A stretch of 64,000 bases of DNA from Sedimentisphaeraceae bacterium JB056. Lineage in GTDB: Bacteria; Planctomycetota; Phycisphaerae; Sedimentisphaerales; Sedimentisphaeraceae. The position numbers and the translations under genes are program-made. A model generated the notes under the pieces. That model saw only the letters and a program-made list of their open reading frames with translations. It did no database searches and was not told the origin of the DNA. Positions 17,988 through 28,506 of the stretch are shown in pieces. The stretch spans positions 32,001 to 96,000 of the forward strand of contig JBITAJ010000017.1 in assembly GCA_044440125.1 (NCBI GenBank), in the 5' to 3' direction. How positions within the stretch are numbered: position 1 is the first letter of the stretch; each line of letters opens with the position of its first letter.

Positions 17988-19511
17988 ATGAGTATAAAAA
18001 GAATAGCTCTTATAGCGGCAGTACTTTTTGCTGCTTCGACATTTGCCTTTGGTAAACTTACGCTGCCATCTTTGTTCGGCGACAATACGGTGCTGCAAAG
18101 AGATGCGTTTGTAAAGATATGGGGAGGCTCTGAGCCTGGTCGTGAGATTTTGATCAAGGCTCAGTGGCAGTCTGAAACAATCAAAACTGTATGCGGCGAT
18201 GACGGCAGTTGGATGGTACTGGTAGAAACGCCATCTGATAAAGGTCCATATGATATAAGCATCAGTGATGGTGCTGATAGCCTGACGCTTAATAATGTTC
18301 TTGTCGGCGAAGTGTGGCTTTGTTCAGGGCAGTCTAATATGGCTTTCGGGCTGCGAAGCTGCGATACTGCGGAAACGGATATACCAAAAGCAGATTATTC
18401 TGAGATACGTTTCTTTGGTGTTAAGAGAAAGCTTGCCGATGTGCCGCAGCAGGATTGTGAGGGCAACTGGCTTGTGTGCAAACCTGATGTTGCCGCATGG
18501 TATAGCGGGGTTGCTTATTATTTTGCACGTAAAGTTCATCTTGAAGAAGATGTGCCAATTGGTATAATACAGGCGGCTGTCGGAGGAACGCCTGCGGATT
18601 CATGGATAAGCCGTGATGTTTTGCTCTCAGATCCGCAGACTGTCTGTTCTGTAGAGCGTTACGATTCTTTGATGAAGAGCTATGATACTCGTTATAAGGA
18701 TTATCAGGATAAACTTTCCAAGTGGGAGGAACTTAAAGATAATCCGCAGCCTAAGCCGCGAGTTCCGATGGGGCCTGAACATTTTCAACGACCTTACGCA
18801 TTATGGAATGGAATGATAAATCCGCTTCTCAATTATCGTATTGCAGGCGTATTGTGGTATCAAGGTGAGGGTAACAGTTGGAGAGCCGATCAGTATAGAA
18901 AAATGTTTCCGATGCTGATAGAGAGTTGGAGAGAGAGTTTTAAGCAGGGTGATTTTCCGTTCTATTATGTACAGATAGCTCCTTATGATTACGGCACGCC
19001 TTTGATTGCTGCCGAGCTTAGAGAGGCTCAGCAGGAAACTCTTGGTCTTGCAAATACGGCTATGGTTTGTACTATGGATATCGGCGACAATAAGGATATA
19101 CATCCTAAAAATAAGAAAGATGTAGGTGAAAGACTGGCAACTATAGCTTTGAATAGAGTTTATCATGTGATGAATAGAAATGACAGTGGTCCTATGTATG
19201 CAGGAAAAGATATCGAAGATGACAGCATAAGGATATACTTTGATAATGCCGATAGTGGATTGTTATTGAATGAGCCTGCTGAATATTTTGAAATAGCAGG
19301 ATATGATGGTGTTTATTACAAGGCAGTAGGTGAGGTTGACGGCAATACTTTGATCTTAAGAAGTGATGAGGTTGATAATCCTGTTAATGTTCGTTATGGT
19401 TGGAGCAATACTGCCGGAGCGGATTTGTTTAATAAGGATGGATTGCCGGCTTATCCTTTCAGAACGAATAATGCAGTGTGGGTAACTAAGGATAAGCTTA
19501 CGTACTTTTGA
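17988..19511 (+). CDS. sialate O-acetylesterase (SASA/SGNH)
   Basis: GEVWLCSGQSNM, WYQGEGN, DIHP motifs; signal peptide. Confidence 0.9.
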   Translation: MSIKRIALIAAVLFAASTFAFGKLTLPSLFGDNTVLQRDAFVKIWGGSEPGREILIKAQWQSETIKTVCGDDGSWMVLVETPSDKGPYDISISDGADSLTLNNVLVGEVWLCSGQSNMAFGLRSCDTAETDIPKADYSEIRFFGVKRKLADVPQQDCEGNWLVCKPDVAAWYSGVAYYFARKVHLEEDVPIGIIQAAVGGTPADSWISRDVLLSDPQTVCSVERYDSLMKSYDTRYKDYQDKLSKWEELKDNPQPKPRVPMGPEHFQRPYALWNGMINPLLNYRIAGVLWYQGEGNSWRADQYRKMFPMLIESWRESFKQGDFPFYYVQIAPYDYGTPLIAAELREAQQETLGLANTAMVCTMDIGDNKDIHPKNKKDVGERLATIALNRVYHVMNRNDSGPMYAGKDIEDDSIRIYFDNADSGLLLNEPAEYFEIAGYDGVYYKAVGEVDGNTLILRSDEVDNPVNVRYGWSNTAGADLFNKDGLPAYPFRTNNAVWVTKDKLTYF

Positions 19512-19540
19512 TGGACTTCAATGAGATAGAGGTGACTGAT

Positions 19541-21907
19541 ATGAATTGGCAGGCAAAATGGATATGGGTTGATACCCGTGATGATATAGTTAATCAATAT
19601 GCAGATTTCAGGAAGGTGTTCAGCGTTTCTGAAAAGGGACGTGTAGTTCTGTATGTTTCTGCCGATTCTTCGTATCAGATATGGATAAATGGTGATTTGC
19701 TGGAAGGCAACCAGTTTAGTGACTGGCCCCAATTCAAGACTTATAACGAATTTGATATAACGGATTATGTCTGTGCCGGTGAAAATGTGTTTGCTGTAAA
19801 GGTACATCATATTGGTGTAGATTTTTCTACATATGCAAAGGGGCATCCGGGGCTTATATTTGAGATAAGAGACGGTGAGAATACTGTTGCCGCTTCTGAT
19901 GATGCTTGTATGTGCAGATATTGTAATGCATTCGGCAGTGGACACACAAGTGTGGTCAGTCCTCAGCTTGGTTATAATTTCAAATACGATGCAAGGCTTG
20001 ACGATCTTTGGTATGATAAAGAGTATGATGCAAAGGGTTGGTCCAAGGCCGTTGTTATTGCCGAAGCGAATTCAGGTTATTGGAAACAGCTTTCGAAAAG
20101 ACCTCTTGAGATGCTTGCTCATAAGGAGCCTTTAGATGCTGAGGTTGTATCTTCCGGTCAGCTTATACGTTCAACTGAACTTTCCGATATAGGTCAGACC
20201 ATGATGAAGGATTTTCTTTCGCCTGATATTTGCAGAAGGGATAGTGATGGAGAGATACAGAATTTTATACGTCACCGTCCTGTCTTGTCTGGAGAATCTG
20301 ATAAGCCTCTTGTCTTTGAAACTCAGGATCAAGGCAAAGGTGTTTACGCTATATTCGATCTTGGAGCGGAGAATTGCGGTTTGCTTTTTGTTGATATTGA
20401 AGCGCCGCAGGGGTGTATTCTTGACATCGCTCATGGTGAGCATCTTGACGATCTAAGAGTGCGGGCATCTATTGATGAGAGAACTTTTGCAGATCGTTAT
20501 ATCTGTAAAGAAGGACGGCAGAGGTGGGTTTATTCTTTCAGGCGTTTAGGATGCAGATATCTTGAGTTGCATGTTCCGGAATTAAATGGACAGCTGAAGA
20601 TAAACCACTTCACAGTGATTCCTGTCGAATATCCGTTTGCAGGTGAGGGTTGTTTTTACTGTCCTGATGAAAAGTTCAACCGGATATGGGAGCTCTCAAA
20701 GCGTACTCTGGAGCTGTGTGCACATGAACATTATGAAGATTGCCCCTGGCGTGAGCAGGCTCTTTATGCAGCAGATTCCCGTTTACAGGCATTGTTCGGT
20801 TACTACGCATTTGGCGAGTATGATATGCCGGCTTCATGTTGGGATCTTATACGCAAGGGCTATAGAACTGATGGCCTGCTTGAATTGGTTTCTCCGGGTA
20901 AGGTTGATATCTCTATTCCCGGTTTTTCCTTACAGTGGATAATTGCCGTCTACGAATGTTTTATGTATAGCGGCAGAAAAGAAGTTGTCTCTGATAACTA
21001 TGATGTGATTTGCGATATCATCAATTATTCTATCGACAGATTGAGTGATTGCGGCATTGTCGCCAATTCCACTTCACCGGAACATTGGAATTTTTATGAA
21101 TGGACTCCGGGTTTCGAGGGAATAGAAGAAGGTTCTTATTCAGGTCAGAATGGTCGGCTTGATGCCGCATATAATTTGTATCTGCTTGAAGCGATAAGAA
21201 ATGCTGTTGAGATAGGCAGGGCTATTGGCGCTAATTCCATAGAAAAGTTTGAAGCGGCATATGACAGGATAAGTTCTTCTTTCAATGATGTTTTCTGGGA
21301 TCAGAGTAAGGGACTTTATGCATCATTTAATGATAACGGGCAGCTTAGTCATTATTCTCAGCTTGTCCAGGCACTTGCTATAAGAGAGGCCGTTGTGCCG
21401 CCAGGATATACGATGGAACTTTGCGAAGCGATAAAGAATGATTCGAGGCTTACGAAGTCTGAGATGTCGAGCAAGTTTATTGTCTATGAATCCCTTATTG
21501 AGGCATCCGATGAGAATATTAATTATGTGCTTGATGATATCAGAGATGTTTTTGGCAGTATGATTGATGAGGGAGCGACGAGCCTTTGGGAAACAGCCCA
21601 GGGTGCGGCAGCGTTTGAAGGTGCCGGCAGTTTATGTCATGGGTGGTCGTCGGTTTTCAATTATATTGCCGGCGCGTATTTGGTCGGAATAAAGCCTGCA
21701 AAACCTGGATTTAAGGAATTCAAGGTGAAACCTCTGATGAATAATCTTAATAATATAAACGGTTTGGTTAAGACTATTTATGGGGATATAGAATTGTCTT
21801 ATACGAAAACTGATAAAGAGGTTATTTTCAAGCTGACGCATCCTAAAGGGCTTAAACCGGTATTGGAGTTACCCTCAAACGCAAAACTCAATGTTATTGA
21901 ATATTAA
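19541..21907 (+). CDS. alpha-L-rhamnosidase-like glycoside hydrolase (GH78)
   Basis: AKWIW N-terminus, SADSSY, DCPWREQALYAAD, GATSLWE, SLCHGWS; GAGGTG RBS before 19541; no signal peptide. Confidence 0.88.
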   Translation: MNWQAKWIWVDTRDDIVNQYADFRKVFSVSEKGRVVLYVSADSSYQIWINGDLLEGNQFSDWPQFKTYNEFDITDYVCAGENVFAVKVHHIGVDFSTYAKGHPGLIFEIRDGENTVAASDDACMCRYCNAFGSGHTSVVSPQLGYNFKYDARLDDLWYDKEYDAKGWSKAVVIAEANSGYWKQLSKRPLEMLAHKEPLDAEVVSSGQLIRSTELSDIGQTMMKDFLSPDICRRDSDGEIQNFIRHRPVLSGESDKPLVFETQDQGKGVYAIFDLGAENCGLLFVDIEAPQGCILDIAHGEHLDDLRVRASIDERTFADRYICKEGRQRWVYSFRRLGCRYLELHVPELNGQLKINHFTVIPVEYPFAGEGCFYCPDEKFNRIWELSKRTLELCAHEHYEDCPWREQALYAADSRLQALFGYYAFGEYDMPASCWDLIRKGYRTDGLLELVSPGKVDISIPGFSLQWIIAVYECFMYSGRKEVVSDNYDVICDIINYSIDRLSDCGIVANSTSPEHWNFYEWTPGFEGIEEGSYSGQNGRLDAAYNLYLLEAIRNAVEIGRAIGANSIEKFEAAYDRISSSFNDVFWDQSKGLYASFNDNGQLSHYSQLVQALAIREAVVPPGYTMELCEAIKNDSRLTKSEMSSKFIVYESLIEASDENINYVLDDIRDVFGSMIDEGATSLWETAQGAAAFEGAGSLCHGWSSVFNYIAGAYLVGIKPAKPGFKEFKVKPLMNNLNNINGLVKTIYGDIELSYTKTDKEVIFKLTHPKGLKPVLELPSNAKLNVIEY

Positions 21908-21934
21908 ACCCCCGTAGATTAAATTGTTGTTATG

Positions 21935-21969
21935 AGCATAGTCGTATTAATATGACTATGCTTTTTTTT
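21935..21969 (+). terminator. intrinsic terminator ending the first glycan operon
   Basis: AGCATAGTC-gtattaatat-GACTATGCT followed by a T run. Confidence 0.8.
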
Positions 21970-21979
21970 ATTTCTTATG

Positions 21980-22042
21980 TTCGTAAAATGATTGTATTTA
22001 TTCATAAAATGGACGGGTAAATATTGTTTTGGGGTATATAAT
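21980..22042 (+). promoter_or_regulatory. putative AraC/XylR-activated promoter
   Basis: TTCGTAAAATG (21980) and TTCATAAAATG (22001), 21-bp period; TATAAT at 22037; no good -35. Confidence 0.5.
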
Positions 22043-22090
22043 ACACTTACTAACTATGATTACTTGAAACATTTTTGTTAATAAGGATTG

Positions 22091-23080
22091 ATGAACTTAA
22101 TGTGTAGTCCAAAGATACCAATAATTGTAGATACTGATATCGGTGGTGATATTGATGATGCCTGGGCATTGGCATTTCTTCTCAACAGCCCTGAGTTTGA
22201 CATCAAGCTGATAGTTACTGCCGTAGGTGATACCCTTTCCAGAGCCAAGATAGTTGCTAAAATGCTTGAAGCCGCCGGACGAACTGATATTCCTATCGCT
22301 ATCGGTCTTCCTGAGGTAAACATGAACTGTTATTGTGATTCATGGGCAGCAGATTACAATCTTGCCGATTATCCCGGCATAATATACCAGAGCAGCGAGG
22401 TGGCAAAGGCGATAGTTGATACTGTAAACGCTTCTGATGAAGAAATTACCGTGCTTGCTCTTGCACCTGTTACCAATCTTGCAGCGGCTCTTGATTTAGA
22501 CGCGAGTATTACTTCTAAGTCGCGTTTTGTCGGTATGTTAGGCAGCGTTTATAAAGGTTATGACGGAGCAAGTGATGTATCTAAAGAATGCAATATCGTG
22601 AATAATATCACTGCGGCTAAGAAGGTCTTTACATCCGATTGGGATATGACGATAACCCCGCTTGATACTTGCGGGCTTGTAAAGCTTAGAGGTGATAACT
22701 ACAAGGTGGTTCGCGATAATGATACTCCACTGATTAAGGCTCTTATAGAAAATTACGATGTGTGGCTTAAAAGACCGGGATACCCGACTCATCCGTATGC
22801 ACCACTGAGTGATATCGACTTTATAAGCTCTACACTTTTTGATACCGTTGCGGTTTATCTCGCAATGAGCGAGGAGTTTCTGGATATGGAAACTTTGCCG
22901 ATAGAGATTTCTGATGATGGTTTTACCATTGTCAAAGAGGGCGGAAAAATGGTAAGATGTGCTGTGGGGTGGAAAGATATGCCTCTTTTTGAGGACTTCC
23001 TTACCCAGCGTCTTGTAAATTCAAAACAAATTGAAGAAGATGCCGTGAATTATAATTCCACTGTAGCAGTTAAGTTATAA
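22091..23080 (+). CDS. nucleoside hydrolase (inosine/uridine-preferring family)
   Basis: IIVDTDIGGDIDDAWAL, LAPVTN, ECNI, PLD, LFD motifs. Confidence 0.88.
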   Translation: MNLMCSPKIPIIVDTDIGGDIDDAWALAFLLNSPEFDIKLIVTAVGDTLSRAKIVAKMLEAAGRTDIPIAIGLPEVNMNCYCDSWAADYNLADYPGIIYQSSEVAKAIVDTVNASDEEITVLALAPVTNLAAALDLDASITSKSRFVGMLGSVYKGYDGASDVSKECNIVNNITAAKKVFTSDWDMTITPLDTCGLVKLRGDNYKVVRDNDTPLIKALIENYDVWLKRPGYPTHPYAPLSDIDFISSTLFDTVAVYLAMSEEFLDMETLPIEISDDGFTIVKEGGKMVRCAVGWKDMPLFEDFLTQRLVNSKQIEEDAVNYNSTVAVKL

Positions 23081-23095
23081 AGGTTTTTGAGGAAA

Positions 23096-24232
23096 ATGAA
23101 GATTCTATCGTATATGTTAATGTGTATATTCGTTTTGTCGTATTGTTCTCAGGCAGCAGAAAGCGGCTTGGCTGATTGCAATAAAGTGGATAGAGATATC
23201 GAAAATCGAATAGCATATCAAGAAGAAGGCAAGTTTTGCGGCTGGCCGGCTAATGAAGGCGTTTGGAACTGGGGCAACGAGATACTGGTAGGTTTTGAGA
23301 TATCCAGTTTTGTTAAAAATGCGAAAGGTCACAGCATTGACCGCAATAGTCCCAAATATATCTATTTTGCACGCAGTCTTGATGGTGGTGAAAGCTGGAA
23401 AGTGGAAAAACCAAAAGAAATATTGCCGCCTCTTTATATGGAAGACCCTGAAATGTTCAAGTTCGGGGAAAATAAGAACAGCTATCTCAAAGAGCCAATG
23501 AATTTTGCTAATCCCGGATTTGCCATGAAACTCAGGGCAAATCGATTCTACTACTCTTATGATAAGGGTAAGTCGTGGAAGGGACCGTACTTACTGCCTG
23601 ATTTTGGACAAAAGCTCATAATGGCAAGGACTGACTATGTAGTGTTGGGACCCAAAAAGTGCATCGCATTTATATCTTCATCGCAAACAGACGGCCATTA
23701 TGGCGAGAGTTTCGGAATACTCACTGAAGACGGCGGCCTGAGTTGGGAAAAGAAGGCTCTTGTTGATACGGAATTTCCGCCTAAAGAGTATAAGAAGTGG
23801 GCGTATTCAATTATGCCTTCAACAGTTATGCTTGATAATGGAGATTTGGTGACTACACTTCGCCAGAGAGGTGATAGAGGAATATGGATAGATGCTTTCG
23901 TGTCGAAGGATAAGGGTAATTCGTGGAGCAAGCTTGGCAAAGTATGCGAAAGGGCAAAGAACCCTCCATCACTTGTGAAGCTTGAAGATGGAAGGCTGTG
24001 TATTGTTTATTGCTATCGCGTGGATAAGCCTTACGGTTTGCGGGCAAAGATAAGTGAAGACAACGGCAAAAGCTGGGGTGATGAAATAATATTACGTGAT
24101 GATGCCAAAAGTTGGGATATCGGTTATGTAAGGTCTGTGCAGCGGCCTGACGGCAAGGTGGTAAGTATGTACTATTATCATACACAGGGAAATCCCGAAC
24201 AGCATATTGCTGTAACTATTTGGCAACCTTGA
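23096..24232 (+). CDS. secreted BNR/Asp-box beta-propeller protein (sialidase-like)
   Basis: SLDGGESW, SYDKGKSW, TEDGGLSW, SKDKGNSW, SEDNGKSW Asp-boxes; DIGY. Confidence 0.85.
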   Translation: MKILSYMLMCIFVLSYCSQAAESGLADCNKVDRDIENRIAYQEEGKFCGWPANEGVWNWGNEILVGFEISSFVKNAKGHSIDRNSPKYIYFARSLDGGESWKVEKPKEILPPLYMEDPEMFKFGENKNSYLKEPMNFANPGFAMKLRANRFYYSYDKGKSWKGPYLLPDFGQKLIMARTDYVVLGPKKCIAFISSSQTDGHYGESFGILTEDGGLSWEKKALVDTEFPPKEYKKWAYSIMPSTVMLDNGDLVTTLRQRGDRGIWIDAFVSKDKGNSWSKLGKVCERAKNPPSLVKLEDGRLCIVYCYRVDKPYGLRAKISEDNGKSWGDEIILRDDAKSWDIGYVRSVQRPDGKVVSMYYYHTQGNPEQHIAVTIWQP

Positions 24233-24253
24233 TCTTGATTTTTAGGAGTATAT

Positions 24254-25858
24254 ATGGATCGCAGAATGTTTTTGAAAAATTTCGTAGGCAGCTCAATTTT
24301 GGCTTCTTCAATGCTTAGAAGCTCAATAGCGGCAGAACATAAAACTGGTGCGAAAAATTCACGTCCCAACCTGTTGTTTGTGATGGCTGATCAGTTCAGA
24401 AATCATGCTCTTGGGTTCTTGGGCAAAGATCCTGTAATCACTCCTAATTTTGATAAATTTGCAAAAGAAGGTCAGTATCTTACGAATGCTATCAGCAGCT
24501 ATCCTGTCTGTTCTCCTTTTAGGGCGATGATGATGACGGGAAGATATCCTTTCTCTACAGGCATGACTTTCAATTGTCTTGAAGGTTTGGAGATGGGACT
24601 TAACCGTGGTGAAGTTTGTATCGGTGATGCGTTGAAGGATGCCGGTTACAATACCGGTTACATAGGTAAATGGCATCTTGATACGCCGTCAAAAAATTAT
24701 TTCGATAACCCACCGGATGATCCGACTTCAGGTTCAGACGCATGGACTCCGCCGGGATTGAAAAGACATGGTTTTGATTTCTGGTATGCCTATAATACCG
24801 GTCGTGAACATTTTAATCAGAACTACTGGACGGGTGACAGTCCAAAAAAGATAGTCAAGGAAAAGACATGGTCGGTAGATCATGAAACCGATGTTGCGAT
24901 GAATTTTATTAACAAAAATTCTCGTGATGATGAAAAACCTTTTGCGCTATTTCTGTCGTGGAATCCTCCGCACCCTCCATATGTAGCACCAAGAGATAAG
25001 ATAGCTTTTTACGATGAAAACAAGATAGAATTTCGTCCGAATGTTAAAGAAGATAAAATAAAAAATCTCAACAAGATACAGAGAAATTATTTCAGTGCGG
25101 TCACTTCCTGTGATGAGAATTTCGGAAGACTTCTCGAATTGCTGGAGAGAAAAGGCCTCACGGAAAATACGTTGGTGATTTTCACAGCCGATCATGGTGA
25201 GCTTTTAGGTTCTCACGGACATATGGGTAAAGACCTTTGGTATGAGGAGTCTGCTAACATACCGTTCCTTCTTCGTATGCCCGGCAGGATCAAAAAAGGT
25301 GAAAACGATATGCTCTTTGGAGCTTTCGATATAATGCCGACACTTCTTGGTCTGCTTGATATTGATGTGCCTGAGGTTTGTCAGGGACAGGATATGTCGG
25401 CGATCATAAAAGGTGAAAAAACTGACGAGCGTAAATCTATACCTTTATTGACGTGTCCGGCTCCGGCTAATAAATATTGGGAGATGGGCAATCCAGTCAG
25501 ATGGGTTCGTCATGGCAGGTGTCTTGGTAATCGGGGGTACGACTGGACGCAGCTTGGATATCGCGGAGTGCGTACCAAAAGATACACTTACGTGGTAACT
25601 CGTTCGGCAATACCAAAAGACCCCGAAGGTTTCGAAGTTTGTAAGGGATATTACGTTGGCGATTTCTGTGAGCTTCCGCCTTATAAAGATGAAAGCAGCA
25701 TCAGTACGCAGAGAATCCTTTACGACAATCTCAATGATGAATATCAGATGAATCCTGTTATAAGCAAAAATGCTGATAATGAAATAATGAAAGAGCTTGA
25801 AAATGAACTTGCATTATGGCTTGAGGAAATGAAAGATCCTTTCTATTTCGTTTTATAA
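24254..25858 (+). CDS. sulfatase (S1, Cys-type), Tat-exported
   Basis: DRRMFLK Tat motif; ADQ, CSPFRAMMMTG, GKWH, PPHPP, TADHG. Confidence 0.9.
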   Translation: MDRRMFLKNFVGSSILASSMLRSSIAAEHKTGAKNSRPNLLFVMADQFRNHALGFLGKDPVITPNFDKFAKEGQYLTNAISSYPVCSPFRAMMMTGRYPFSTGMTFNCLEGLEMGLNRGEVCIGDALKDAGYNTGYIGKWHLDTPSKNYFDNPPDDPTSGSDAWTPPGLKRHGFDFWYAYNTGREHFNQNYWTGDSPKKIVKEKTWSVDHETDVAMNFINKNSRDDEKPFALFLSWNPPHPPYVAPRDKIAFYDENKIEFRPNVKEDKIKNLNKIQRNYFSAVTSCDENFGRLLELLERKGLTENTLVIFTADHGELLGSHGHMGKDLWYEESANIPFLLRMPGRIKKGENDMLFGAFDIMPTLLGLLDIDVPEVCQGQDMSAIIKGEKTDERKSIPLLTCPAPANKYWEMGNPVRWVRHGRCLGNRGYDWTQLGYRGVRTKRYTYVVTRSAIPKDPEGFEVCKGYYVGDFCELPPYKDESSISTQRILYDNLNDEYQMNPVISKNADNEIMKELENELALWLEEMKDPFYFVL

Positions 25859-25860
25859 TT

Positions 25861-27384
25861 ATGAAATATTTATTACTTACAATTTTACTATGTGTCAATG
25901 CGTTATTCGCAGTTGATGTAAGCTGGGATGGCGGGGGAGCAGATAACAACTGGTCAACCGCGGCGAACTGGAACAATGATACTGTTCCTGCCGATGGCCA
26001 AAGGGTTATAATTGATATAGCCAATGCCGACGTTCTGCTTGATGCAAACACTACCGCACGACCGACAAAAATACTTGGCCCCTCGAGCACTGTAGGTGCA
26101 GAGATGGCTTTGACCGTCGAAGGTGAGTTGATAAACAACAGTTACTGGTATGTAGCAAATGTCGCAGGCGGCAATGGAACTATAAATATTAATGGTGGTT
26201 TTGTTCGTACACGTGATCTTACTCTTGCGCCTGATACTGGTAGTATTGGAAATCTGAATATATATTCTGGAGAGTGTGTAGTGTATGGCGATGGTAGCGG
26301 TTTGGGATTATATTTAGGTAACGATTCGGTAACCGGTGTTAGTAATGGTCAGGCTACGGTGAATCTCTATGGCGGCTTGCTTGAAGTTTTTACTCTCAAC
26401 GCTATTGGAGGTAACGGTTGTATAAATATCACGCAGGGCGTTTTGGTGCTTAACGGAGATCAGAGGCAGACTGTCAATGATTATATAACTTCCGGGAAGA
26501 TAAGCGTTTCAGATGAAGATAATCTTATTATTGATTACGATAATATTAATGCCGGAGAAACTACTGTATATGTTTTCTCTCTTGAAGATATGATAAATGC
26601 AGCGCAGCCTGGCGATACTATTTTAATTGAGCCGGGAGTTTATGATGATCTTTCTTTTGATATCGATAAATCAATAACGCTTCAGGCAACCGGATCTGCT
26701 GAAGATACAATTTTGAATATTGTCGGTAATGGATTAGGTATTGTTGCAGATGATATTAAGATTGACGGTGTTACTTTGTCTGCTTCTCCTTTAGGTAGTG
26801 TTTATCTGCTTAAGGTAGGTCAGTCAGTTGATGGTGATAGTTACAGTGTGAATAATTTTAGTCTAACAAACTGTAAATTGGATGGTCGCGATTTATCACA
26901 GGCCGTAACATTGTTCTCAGGCACAGCTAATTGTGATATCTTGCATAATTCAATATCACAATCAACGAATGGAATTGTTGCATACGATAATTGTTCTGGC
27001 GTGCGAATTATTGATAATGATATATATGATAATATGTATGGAGTTCGCTTGATAGGTTCGACGGAATTTGTACAGTTTTTGTCGAATGGTATTTACTGGA
27101 ATTCGGTATACGCTATTGAAAATAAGACATTGCTTGAATTTAACGCAGAGAATAATTTCTGGGGGCATGAATCAGGACCTTATCATCCTGTCATAAATTC
27201 AGAGGGTCTTGGAAATCCGGTTTCTGATTATGTTAATTTTGATCCGTTCTTTTTTGGAACTATGGACGACAGGTGGCATATATGTCCTGATACGGATATA
27301 AATGGAGACTGTCGTGTTGACTTTAACGATATTTCGATCATTGCCTCCCAGTGGCTTGAATGTAATACACCTGAATGTTTTTAA
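25861..27384 (+). CDS. secreted beta-helix protein with dockerin-like tail
   Basis: WDGGGADNNWSTAANW start, Gly-rich beta repeats, INAAQPGDTILIEPGVY parallel beta-helix, DINGDCRVDFNDISIIASQWL. Confidence 0.75.
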   Translation: MKYLLLTILLCVNALFAVDVSWDGGGADNNWSTAANWNNDTVPADGQRVIIDIANADVLLDANTTARPTKILGPSSTVGAEMALTVEGELINNSYWYVANVAGGNGTININGGFVRTRDLTLAPDTGSIGNLNIYSGECVVYGDGSGLGLYLGNDSVTGVSNGQATVNLYGGLLEVFTLNAIGGNGCINITQGVLVLNGDQRQTVNDYITSGKISVSDEDNLIIDYDNINAGETTVYVFSLEDMINAAQPGDTILIEPGVYDDLSFDIDKSITLQATGSAEDTILNIVGNGLGIVADDIKIDGVTLSASPLGSVYLLKVGQSVDGDSYSVNNFSLTNCKLDGRDLSQAVTLFSGTANCDILHNSISQSTNGIVAYDNCSGVRIIDNDIYDNMYGVRLIGSTEFVQFLSNGIYWNSVYAIENKTLLEFNAENNFWGHESGPYHPVINSEGLGNPVSDYVNFDPFFFGTMDDRWHICPDTDINGDCRVDFNDISIIASQWLECNTPECF

Positions 27385-27395
27385 GAGAGGAAAAT

Positions 27396-28466
27396 ATGTT
27401 TAAGATTGATAGTGCAAAAGTCATGATAGTTATTGCAGTTTTTTCTGTTCTTCTGTGTGGAAATATATTTGCGGAATATCAAGACGTAGTTGTTTATGAT
27501 GAGCCGGGTATATTCTGCGGCTGGCCGGCTAATGAAGGAGTCTGGAGTTGGGGTGATGAGATACTTGTAGGTTTCAATGTTGCGGTATATGAATCGCATG
27601 ATGATGCTCATAATTACGATCCGAATTTCCCGATTGAAACCATACAGGCAAGAAGCCTTGATGGTGGTGTTACATGGCAAGTTGAACGACCCGAGCCTTT
27701 CGGCCTTGATGTGAAGTATCAGGAACCGCATAATGCGATCAATTTTACGCATCCTGATTTTGCGATGAAACTTCGCAACCGCAAACTTTTCTATTCTTAC
27801 GACAGAGGAAAAAAATGGGAAGGCCCGTTTTTGATGCCTAAATTCGATCAGGTGTTTGTAAGAGCAAGGACTGATTATATTATCGAATCTCAAAGCTGTG
27901 CAAAAATGTTTTTGTCGGTATCCAGACCCGACGGCATAGACGGCAGAACTTTGACTGTTGAAACCCGCAATGGCGGCAGAACGTTTGATATGCTCGGCTG
28001 GGTAACTCCCGACCCTGAAATGTTAAAAGATACGCATAGTTATGCACTGATGCCTTCAACTGTAAAGCTTGCTGAAAATACTTATCTTTCTGCGATAAGA
28101 TGTCGCGTGGCTCGAAGAAAATGGATAGATATTTACAAGACCACAGATGGTGGAAAAAACTGGACGTTGCTCAACACGGCAGTAGAGGGCCAATGGAATC
28201 CAGCTTCGATGATAAAGCTTTCTGACGGCAGAATAGCATTGACTTACGGCTGGAGAGGAGTTCCTCAGGGAATAAGGGCGAAGATCAGTGATGATGACGG
28301 CCAGAGCTGGTCTGATGAAATTATTCTGAGGGATGATGGAAATATCTGGGATCTTGGATATCCAAGAACAGTACAGCGGAGTGATGGCAAGATCGTTACT
28401 ATATATTATTATGCAACGGATGAAATGCCGCAACAGTATATAGGGGCTACTATTTGGCAGCCTTAA
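27396..28466 (+). CDS. secreted BNR/Asp-box protein, paralog of 23096..24232
   Basis: FCGWPANEGVW shared with the paralog; five Asp-box-like motifs; both end TIWQP. Confidence 0.85.
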   Translation: MFKIDSAKVMIVIAVFSVLLCGNIFAEYQDVVVYDEPGIFCGWPANEGVWSWGDEILVGFNVAVYESHDDAHNYDPNFPIETIQARSLDGGVTWQVERPEPFGLDVKYQEPHNAINFTHPDFAMKLRNRKLFYSYDRGKKWEGPFLMPKFDQVFVRARTDYIIESQSCAKMFLSVSRPDGIDGRTLTVETRNGGRTFDMLGWVTPDPEMLKDTHSYALMPSTVKLAENTYLSAIRCRVARRKWIDIYKTTDGGKNWTLLNTAVEGQWNPASMIKLSDGRIALTYGWRGVPQGIRAKISDDDGQSWSDEIILRDDGNIWDLGYPRTVQRSDGKIVTIYYYATDEMPQQYIGATIWQP

Positions 28467-28506
28467 TTATTAAAAATTTATTACTATTTTTCAAGAGGTG
28501 AATGTT

